From Kiritimatiellia bacterium (GTDB lineage Bacteria; Verrucomicrobiota; Kiritimatiellia; JAAZAB01): 64,000 bases of DNA. A program made the translations under genes and the position numbers. Below the pieces are notes generated by a model. It ran no database searches and had not been told where the DNA came from. It saw only the letters and a program-made list of their open reading frames with translations. The number at the start of each line of letters is the position of its first letter. The first letter of the stretch is position 1. Positions 1 through 6,559 of this stretch are shown here, piece after piece. The stretch lies in the NCBI GenBank assembly GCA_040767085.1, contig JAXGPF010000008.1, forward strand, positions 96,001 to 160,000. The letters run 5' to 3'.

Positions 1-753
1 GAGCCAGTGGCAAAGGGTGGTACGAACGACATACTGAACCTCATCACCGCCTGCAAAGACTGCAATGCGGGCAAGTCCGATCGCCAGTTGTCAGACTCCT
101 CGATTCTCGACAAGCAGCGGCAGCAATTGGAGGACTTGCAGGAGCGGAAAGAGCAGATCGAAATGATGTTCCAGTGGCAGAAGGGCCTACTTGACCTCGA
201 CGACCAGGTCGTTCAGCAGTTGACGGCGTTCTGGTCAGAGCAGGTTCCCGGATATAGCCTGAACGAGACCGGCATCAAGGGTCTCAAACGGCTTAAGCGG
301 AAGTTTGAACTTGATGAGATCCTGGCCGCCATGAAGATCGCCGCAGAACAGTACATCGAGTTCAAAGACGGGCAACCGACAAAGGAATCCGTTGAGGAGG
401 CATGGGGGAAGGTCGGCGGCGTCTGTGCCGTCAGGCGCGAAGAGAAGAAACGTCCCCACATGCAAAAGCTTCGTTACGTGCGGGGTATCCTCCGCAACAG
501 GCTAAGCTACCTGGACGAAGCACGCGCCCTTCAGTTGCTGGAGGAAGCCTTCGACGCAAGTGCGAGCCTTGAAAATCTGGAGAAGCACGCGAAGTCGCTA
601 CGAACTTGGACCGAATGGCGCAACGACATTGAGGCGTTTATCACCGAGCACGAAGAGAAACCGGAAGATGACGGAGAGGGCCAACAAACGGTCCGAGGCT
701 ACTCCGAAACCCGCGCCGCAAACGGCGCGTCTTCCGGATCGCCTCAACCGTAG
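1..753 (+). CDS. HNH endonuclease-domain protein, 5'-truncated by the window edge (integron cassette)
   Basis: Frame 1 is open from base 1: EPVAKGGTNDILNLITACKDCNAGK matches the HNH motif core (P.xxGG...NL...CxxCN..K). A coiled/helical C-terminus follows, and the 3' end overlaps attC-1. Confidence 0.8.
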   Translation, partial: EPVAKGGTNDILNLITACKDCNAGKSDRQLSDSSILDKQRQQLEDLQERKEQIEMMFQWQKGLLDLDDQVVQQLTAFWSEQVPGYSLNETGIKGLKRLKRKFELDEILAAMKIAAEQYIEFKDGQPTKESVEEAWGKVGGVCAVRREEKKRPHMQKLRYVRGILRNRLSYLDEARALQLLEEAFDASASLENLEKHAKSLRTWTEWRNDIEAFITEHEEKPEDDGEGQQTVRGYSETRAANGASSGSPQP

Positions 754-761
754 CGTTCTGT
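679..761 (+). other. attC recombination site 1
   Basis: R'' GGCCAAC (679-685), L'' CGGTCCGAGGC pairing with L' GCCTCAACCG, central stem-loop, R' GTTCTGT (755-761); next ORF starts at 789. Confidence 0.8.
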
Positions 762-788
762 TGAAAGAAACATAGATGGGAAGCACAA

Positions 789-2498
789 ATGGACCGTGAA
801 CGGATCATCCGCGAACTCGCCAAGTGCCGGCTGAAACCGGATGGACACAGGCGTCAGTACACGATAGCCGGAAAGTTGGGACAGGGAGGGAATGGCGTCA
901 CGTTCGTCGTTCATGTTGGCCGGCGGGAGCTTGTGGCAAAGATATATGTCCCTCCGGACAGCCGGGATCTCGACAATGCCGCCTTCAAGCGATTCACCCG
1001 CGAGATTGAACTCTCCAGTCGGACTCACCATCCCTTTGTCGTCCCGGTTGCGGGAACTGGCAACATCGCGGTGGGCGCTTATACGTTCCCTTTTTATCTG
1101 ATGCCCAAAGCGAAGGGCACACTTCGCAGTCTCATCCCCTCAGCGTTCACGCTTGACGGTCTCGGCTTCAGGCTCCGTACCTTTACGCAAGTCGTAAGCG
1201 GAGTCTCCTATCTGCACCACATCGGCATCTTTCACCGGGACTTGAAACCAGAGAATATTCTCCTGTCCGATAACGGCCTTCCGATGGTGGCCGACCTCGG
1301 CATTGCCCACGTTGCGCCCTCTTTCGTCGAATGGAGCAAGCTTACCCTCCCAAAAGACCATTTGATGAACTGGGATTACTACGCACCCGAACAGAGAGAT
1401 GGTGACGCTACCAAGGTCGATCATCGCGCCGATATCTATGCCTTGGGCCTAATCATGTATGAACTTATGACTGGCGTTTCCCCGTCACGCCCAAACCTCC
1501 CGGAATTGTACAGCTTTGACGTTCGACTCGCGCGGTTGGATAGCATCTTTGGAAAGATGACGGCCCATTATCCTGAGAAACGCTATCAGACTCTTGATGT
1601 ACTCCAGGACGAGTTGACATGGACACTGATTGCCTTGGGAATTCCAACGGAGGCGCCTTCTTCTGATGAGGCAGACAAACGGAGCCTGGTCAGGCTACTG
1701 CGCAGCACCAATGCCGCTAATCGTGCCCGCGCACAGGAGATTGTTCGGCGCCTAGCAGACAAGGCATTGCCCGAGCTTCACGAGATGACCGGCGACACGC
1801 GCGTGGACGTTGCCCTATCCGCGTACAAACTTCTTGGAAATCTTGTCCACAAGGAATCATTGCCGTATTTGTTGGCAGGATTGTACCCGCGACGCTCGGC
1901 GCAGAAGCCCAGATTTGTTACTGGCGAGGCAGCTGCAGAGGCCCTGCGCAACTACCCCGTTGAGGACAGACTGGCGACACTTAGGGCGATTAAGGACTTG
2001 GTTCTCGCCAGACACATCGGCCTCATCATAGAAGGTATTCCGGCACAAGATTCCTACCCACTCGCATCCCGACTGTACGAGTCTAAGCTGTTCTACGACG
2101 ACTGGAGTGAGGAATCAGGCCTCGCCTTCTTACTCCGTCTTGACCAGAATGAGGCTTGGCCGCTTGTCGAGCGCAAACTGGCAAGCGGCTCAACCGTTTA
2201 CTCCTTTACCGTCTTTCGAGACTTCTTCCCCAATGTGAATTCCGACCGACAGAAGCTCCTTATTGACTACATGCTCAATCGCGATAGCGATCTCAGCTCA
2301 TGGGAGCTTCCCAGGCTTCTGGATGCCATTGCGGCATCTTTCGTCCCCTCGCAATTTGCCTCGGAAGCACTATCACGACTCAAAGATGTTGCACAGCGGC
2401 GAATCCGAAAGTGGGATGAGCGGGAAGCATTTGTTCGCAAAGTGGAGGAGCTAGAGGTGAAAACGATCGCTCCTGCAAAGAGCCCAAAGAAATCATGA
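789..2498 (+). CDS. Hanks-type Ser/Thr protein kinase with C-terminal HEAT-like helical region (integron cassette)
   Basis: LGQGGNG, VAK, HRDLKPENIL, ADLGIA, YAPEQ and DIYALG motifs; HEAT-like repeats after ~aa 295; bounded by attC-1 and attC-2. Confidence 0.88.
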   Translation: MDRERIIRELAKCRLKPDGHRRQYTIAGKLGQGGNGVTFVVHVGRRELVAKIYVPPDSRDLDNAAFKRFTREIELSSRTHHPFVVPVAGTGNIAVGAYTFPFYLMPKAKGTLRSLIPSAFTLDGLGFRLRTFTQVVSGVSYLHHIGIFHRDLKPENILLSDNGLPMVADLGIAHVAPSFVEWSKLTLPKDHLMNWDYYAPEQRDGDATKVDHRADIYALGLIMYELMTGVSPSRPNLPELYSFDVRLARLDSIFGKMTAHYPEKRYQTLDVLQDELTWTLIALGIPTEAPSSDEADKRSLVRLLRSTNAANRARAQEIVRRLADKALPELHEMTGDTRVDVALSAYKLLGNLVHKESLPYLLAGLYPRRSAQKPRFVTGEAAAEALRNYPVEDRLATLRAIKDLVLARHIGLIIEGIPAQDSYPLASRLYESKLFYDDWSEESGLAFLLRLDQNEAWPLVERKLASGSTVYSFTVFRDFFPNVNSDRQKLLIDYMLNRDSDLSSWELPRLLDAIAASFVPSQFASEALSRLKDVAQRRIRKWDEREAFVRKVEELEVKTIAPAKSPKKS

Positions 2499-2569
2499 GC
2501 AGAACAATCGGCTTCACTCTTACGGTTGCCCCGGGGCGGATCAACCGAAGGTGAGCCGTAACGTTCGGC
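2499..2569 (+). other. attC recombination site 2
   Basis: R'' GCAGAAC immediately after the kinase stop, complementary to the preceding R' GTTCTG; L'' CGGCTTCAC / L' GTGAGCCG; R' GTTCGGC (2563-2569). Confidence 0.88.
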
Positions 2570-2578
2570 AGTAGAGAG

Positions 2579-3226
2579 ATGAAGGCAATAATCCATAGGG
2601 AACTATTGCTCCGTCCGCGTACTGGATACGCAATGGATGCCGTCCAAGCCATTGCCGACTTTTGTGCGCAGTCAGAAGACTACACCTATCTGCGAAAAGA
2701 AACGGACGAGTACTGCAGGCACATCAATGCAGATGCCTGCATGATTGCGGATCGATCCTCCAAAGTCTTCCCCGCGCTAGCCTTTGCGTCGTCTGACGGT
2801 GCTGTGCTCCAGGTTGTGAACATTGTTCCCGGCAGCGTTTCCGAAATCGGAATAGCGGACTACAACATGATACTTGACCGCTTCACCAAGGCATTCGCAA
2901 TATTTTGCGGGGCAAAACGGGTTAAGATGACTATAACACAGACATCGGACTCACTGACCCTCGAGTCGGCTATTCCGGGGAGAAAGACCCGCGACTTCTT
3001 CCAGCGTTTCCTCAATCTGCATCCGACGAGTTACCACCCATCTGACATCGAGCGGCTTGATGTCTTCATCTGCGCTGCTTCAAGATACCACTCTGGCGGC
3101 TTCAACACACATCGGCTCCGCAGGTATTTGATGGAGGTTTTGGAATGGAAAGAAAAGGACGCATCCTGGTGTTGTGACCGAATTGATGCCGGACTGGACA
3201 TTCTGAAAGTAAACAGGAAATTCTAG
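2579..3226 (+). CDS. hypothetical protein (integron cassette)
   Basis: 215-aa ORF starting 10 nt after attC-2; its stop abuts an R'' box GCCGAAC complementary to attC-2 R'. Confidence 0.75.
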   Translation: MKAIIHRELLLRPRTGYAMDAVQAIADFCAQSEDYTYLRKETDEYCRHINADACMIADRSSKVFPALAFASSDGAVLQVVNIVPGSVSEIGIADYNMILDRFTKAFAIFCGAKRVKMTITQTSDSLTLESAIPGRKTRDFFQRFLNLHPTSYHPSDIERLDVFICAASRYHSGGFNTHRLRRYLMEVLEWKEKDASWCCDRIDAGLDILKVNRKF

Positions 3227-3236
3227 CCGAACAAAC
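3226..3236 (+). other. truncated attC site 3 (R'' box only)
   Basis: GCCGAACAAAC right after the stop. No matching L'/R' half; it is followed by GTAAGCGTCCGG. Confidence 0.6.
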
Positions 3237-3308
3237 GTAAGCGTCCGGTGGAGCGCCCCCTATGCAAACACTCCGGACGTGGCAAACTGCTTTGGGTTAA
3301 ATTATGTA
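3237..3308 (+). mobile_element. probable IS66-family terminal remnant
   Basis: Begins GTAAGCGTCCGG, typical of IS66 terminal IRs; cut off by the HUH-element left end at 3309. Confidence 0.4.
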
Positions 3309-3336
3309 GGCGTGGGGTCGGACCGCGGCAAGTTGT
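3309..3336 (+). repeat. HUH-element left-end stub (28 bp)
   Basis: GGCGTGGGGTCGGACCGCGGCAAGTTGT, the same motif as at 3340, 3993, 4656 and 4892. Confidence 0.85.
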
Positions 3337-3339
3337 GGG

Positions 3340-3697
3340 GGCGTGGGGGTCGGACCGCGGCAAGTTGTTGTTTGATAGGTGGATAGCCCGATATTATGGT
3401 GAAAAAACGCCTTAAAGGTGTTTTTTGGCGGGCTTTTTGTGTTATAAGCACCTGTAGGCCGGGAAGGATTTGTAAATGAAATGGCCAAAACAATTATGAA
3501 CCGGAGGAAATTGGCGATAGAGCAAGAGCCGATTGCTGGTGAATCGGAAGCGTATATTCTAAGGGAGCAGCCCATTGGCTATGGTAATGCTTAATGTTTA
3601 TTTTGGTAATGAAAAAACGGCGCTAAGGGCCTTTAAAGTATCTGAAATATCTTTAAAGCATTGGTTTTTAGCATATTGCCGAGGTCCGACCCTGTGG
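3340..3697 (+). mobile_element. internally deleted (non-autonomous) copy of the HUH/Y1 element
   Basis: Left end plus leader (to ~3451) is joined directly to sequence matching 5617-5860 (3' end of the transposase and right end TTGCCGAGGTCCGACCCTGTGG at 3676-3697). Confidence 0.88.
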
Positions 3698-3738
3698 TGC
3701 GCACGGGAACCGTGTCCAGCGAAACCAGGAGAAACGCG

Positions 3739-4038
3739 ATGAATATCGAAATCATGCGAGCTTTCTTTGGGTGGTGTACCGTCATCAACGGTGCGTTTCT
3801 GCTTCTAGCATTCTTGTTGTGCGCGAAGGCGAGCGACTGGGTGTACAGGATGCACAGCAGGTGGTTCCCCATCAAAAGGGAGGCATTAACATTGACGATG
3901 TATTGCTTCATCGGAGGGATGAAGATTATCTTTATTATGCTAAACCTTGTGCCATATTTGGCGCCATATTTGGCGCTTGTCATTCTGGCGGGGGCGTGGG
4001 GTCGGACCGCGGCAAGATGTTGTTTGATAGGTGGATAG
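3739..4038 (+). CDS. DUF6868-like small membrane protein; C-terminus fused to the element left end
   Basis: AGGAG RBS, then MNIEIMRAFFGWCTVIN...LNLVPYLA, matching this family pattern. Carries a 12-bp tandem duplication GCCATATTTGGC; the last ~14 codons come from the repeat at 3993. Confidence 0.7.
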   Translation: MNIEIMRAFFGWCTVINGAFLLLAFLLCAKASDWVYRMHSRWFPIKREALTLTMYCFIGGMKIIFIMLNLVPYLAPYLALVILAGAWGRTAARCCLIGG

Positions 4039-4156
4039 CCCGATATTATGGTAAAAAAACGCCCTTAAAGGTGTTTTTTGGCAGGCTTTTTGTGTTATAA
4101 GCACTTATATTCGTATCATGCCGAGAAAAAATCGCTATTTCATGTGTGGTCATTTA
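3993..4156 (+). repeat. left-end-only partial copy of the HUH element (includes the first ~13 codons of the transposase)
   Basis: Aligns to 4892-5055; ATG at 4118 reads MPRKNRYFMCGHL, then similarity stops. Confidence 0.85.
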
Positions 4157-4213
4157 GCTTGGGGAAACTCTTAACCAGATATTCCAGCGCATGGCCGGTC
4201 CGCGCTGCGTGCG

Positions 4214-4290
4214 GCCCAACCATGCACTGGACCGTCAATGGTCCGCACACACGCAGTGTGCGGCGGCCCGCCGCCAGCGCCCCGTTCGGC
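4214..4290 (+). other. attC recombination site 4
   Basis: R'' GCCCAAC, L'' GCACTGG / L' CCAGCGC, central CCGCACAC..GTGTGCGG hairpin, R' GTTCGGC; next ATG at 4316. Confidence 0.68.
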
Positions 4291-4315
4291 CAGAAGGCCA
4301 GAAGGGAGAGGGGAG

Positions 4316-4702
4316 ATGAGAAGGATAGTCGTGGCAATGCTGGTGTTTGCGGTGGGCACGATGATCGCAGTGTCACACCCCGGTGGGCTTGATGCAAACG
4401 GCGGCCACTACAACCGAAAGACGGGCGAATATCACTATCACCGACAACCTGCGGCAAACCCGCAGCCGCCTGCGCGATTAACTCCGTCTGCATCGCAGTC
4501 CGTCTCGACAAACAAGACGCAGACGATAGAGAAGTCGTTTTGGCTCAACACGTCCTCAGGCGTCAGGCACAACAAAGGATGCCGTTGGTTCGGGAAGACG
4601 CAAGGCGGTCGCTACTGCGGGCCAAATGAGGGGCGAGCGTGCGGGCAATGTGGTCGGCGTGGGGGTCGGACCGCGGCAAGTTGTTGTTTGATAGTAGGAT
4701 AG
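4316..4702 (+). CDS. secreted YHYH-domain protein with Cys-rich C-terminus; tail fused to the element left end
   Basis: Signal peptide, HPGGLDANGGHYNRKTGEYHYH motif, WLNTSSGVRHNKGCRWF...ACGQCG; reads into the repeat at 4656. Confidence 0.75.
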   Translation: MRRIVVAMLVFAVGTMIAVSHPGGLDANGGHYNRKTGEYHYHRQPAANPQPPARLTPSASQSVSTNKTQTIEKSFWLNTSSGVRHNKGCRWFGKTQGGRYCGPNEGRACGQCGRRGGRTAASCCLIVG

Positions 4703-4891
4703 CCAGATATTATGGTAAAAATACGCCCTTAAAGGTGTTTTTTGGCCGGCTTTTTGTGTTATAAGCACTTATATTCGTATCATGCCAAGAAAAAACCGGT
4801 ATTTCATGTGTGGTCATTTATGGCACTTGACCCATAGGTGTCACAACCGTGATTTTTTGCTGAAATTCGGTAAGGACCGTGATGCTTACCG
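4656..4891 (+). repeat. left-end-only partial copy of the HUH element (includes the first ~36 codons of the transposase)
   Basis: Aligns to 4892-5126; ATG at 4782; ends abruptly at the next left end. Confidence 0.88.
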
Positions 4892-5860
4892 GGCGTGGGG
4901 CCGGACCGCGGCAAGATGTTATATGACAGGTAGATAGCCCGATATTATAATTAAAAAACACTCTTAAAGATGTTTTTTGGCGGGTTTTTTGTGTTATAAA
5001 TACTTATATTCGTATCATGCCAAGAAAAAACCGATATTTCGTGTGTGGTCATTTATGGCACTTGACCCATAGGTGTCACAACCGTGATTTTTTGCTGAAA
5101 TTCGGTAAGGACCGTGATGCTTACCGCAACTTGCTCCGAGCGCGGCTACAAGGTTCTGGGGTTGATTTATACGGTTATTGCCTTACTGGCAACCATGTTC
5201 ATCTCTTGGTGCATAGCGATGCCGGCCTGGATATACCTGCTCTAATAAAGTCAGTGGCCGGTGAATTTGCCCAAGCGTATAATCGGCGCAAAAGGCGCAC
5301 GGGCGCTTTTTGGGGAGACCGGTACCATGCTACGCTGGTTGATAGCGGAAAATATTTGTGGCGTTGTCTGCAATATATTGATCTGAACATGGTGCGTGCC
5401 GGGCGTGTGACGCATCCTGCGGATTGGCCATGGTGCGGATATCATGAATTGGTGGGGGAACGCAAGCGTTACTGTTTAATAAACAGGGATGGATTACGAG
5501 CGGCGTTAAATTTTTCTTCAATTGAGAGTTTTAGCGATGAATATCGGGCAGGCATTGTTGCGCGGTTGGCGGAGCAAAACCTGCTGCGGGAGCCCTGTTG
5601 GACAGAGGTCTTGGCCGTAGGCCGGGAAGGATTTGTAAATGAAATGGCCAAAACAATTATGAACCGGCGGAAATTGGCGATAGAGCAAGAGCCGATTGCT
5701 GGCGAATCGGAAGCGTATATTCTAAGGGAGCAGTCCATTGGCTATGGGAATGCTTAATGCTTGTTTTGGTAATGAAAAAACGGCGCTAAGGGCCTTTAAA
5801 GCATCTGAAATATCTTTAAAGCATTGATTTTTAGCATATTGCCGAGGTCCGACCCTGTGG
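4892..5860 (+). mobile_element. full-length HUH/Y1 (RAYT-like) transposase element with inverted end motifs
   Basis: Left GGCGTGGGGCCGGACCGCGGCAAG (4892-4915) and right TTGCCGAGGTCCGACCCTGTGG (5839-5860) enclose the transposase gene. Confidence 0.82.
5017..5757 (+). CDS. Y1 HUH transposase (IS200/REP-associated tyrosine transposase-like)
   Basis: MPR start, WHLTHRCHN, YCLTGNHVHLL (HUH), FWGDRY, YIDLNMVRAG (catalytic Tyr), WPWCGY. Confidence 0.92.
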   Translation: MPRKNRYFVCGHLWHLTHRCHNRDFLLKFGKDRDAYRNLLRARLQGSGVDLYGYCLTGNHVHLLVHSDAGLDIPALIKSVAGEFAQAYNRRKRRTGAFWGDRYHATLVDSGKYLWRCLQYIDLNMVRAGRVTHPADWPWCGYHELVGERKRYCLINRDGLRAALNFSSIESFSDEYRAGIVARLAEQNLLREPCWTEVLAVGREGFVNEMAKTIMNRRKLAIEQEPIAGESEAYILREQSIGYGNA

Positions 5861-6010
5861 CCGTGTCGTCCGACGGCATGACGATCCACTGTCTCAACGG
5901 TTTGCCGTGTCGCTGTGCGAGTGGGCGGAGACACAGGCAGGAGAGAAAAACGCGATTGATCCCCGTCCGTTGCTCGTGTAATCTATGCTTAGCAAAAGGG
6001 AGATAATGTT

Positions 6011-6199
6011 ATGCCAACCGTCATGAAGAAAGAATCAGCACACAAAATCATCGACCGCATGCCTCAGCAGGCGACATGGGATGACCTTATACACGAAATT
6101 TACGTTCACGAGGCGATCGAACGAGGGCTAGCCGATAGCAAGGCCGGAAGGACCAAAGAAGTTAAAGAAGTCCGTGCCAAATACGGCTTGCCGATATGA
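6011..6199 (+). CDS. antitoxin of a RelE/ParE-type TA pair
   Basis: 62 aa, ATWDDLIHEIYV..AIERGLADSKAGR pattern; ATGA overlap with the toxin. Confidence 0.75.
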   Translation: MPTVMKKESAHKIIDRMPQQATWDDLIHEIYVHEAIERGLADSKAGRTKEVKEVRAKYGLPI

Positions 6200-6538
6200 G
6201 AGTTCATTGGACAGACACGGCTCAATCCCATCGGCGCCATCCACGCATATATTGCCCAAGACTCCGCCGAGTACGCCATCTACACGATAGATCGCCTGAC
6301 GCGACGCTCTCAGCAAATTGCCGACTTTCCTCTTTCGGGTCGTCGTGTGCCGGAATATGAAATGGACCAAATTCGAGAGGTAATCGAAGCTCATTACCGG
6401 ATCATCTATTACATTAAATCAGACCAGATTGACGTTTTGGCTATCATTCATGAGGCAAGAAATATCCTGGCCGATTGCCAAGAAAACAACATAGCCGAAC
6501 CAGATTTTCCAGCGGATGGCGACCAGCGCCACCGCTGA
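6196..6538 (+). pseudogene. RelE/ParE toxin, frameshifted near 6230
   Basis: MRVHWTDTAQSH in one frame; GAIHAYIAQDS...FPLSGRRVPEY...YRIIY..IDVLAIIH continues in another frame (looks like 2 nt missing at CAT C|GGC). Confidence 0.8.
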
Positions 6539-6552
6539 AAATTATGTTCGGC
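6494..6552 (+). other. attC recombination site 5 (59 bp, terminal site of the array)
   Basis: R'' GCCGAAC, L'' TTTTCCAGCGG / L' CCGCTGAAAA with an extra base, R' GTTCGGC; host backbone resumes directly after. Confidence 0.9.
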
Positions 6553-6559
6553 GATTATT

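Noticed and set aside
3696-3720. Group II intron 5' end (GTGCGCACGG)
   Set aside because: No RT ORF or domain V sequence found; the match is too short.
3309-4915. CRISPR-like array from the recurring 24-bp motif
   Set aside because: Spacing is irregular (31-660 bp), and each motif continues into transposase-leader homology, so these are element ends.
1-6552. Prophage or integrase-bearing island
   Set aside because: No phage structural genes or tyrosine recombinase in the window; the organisation fits cassettes.
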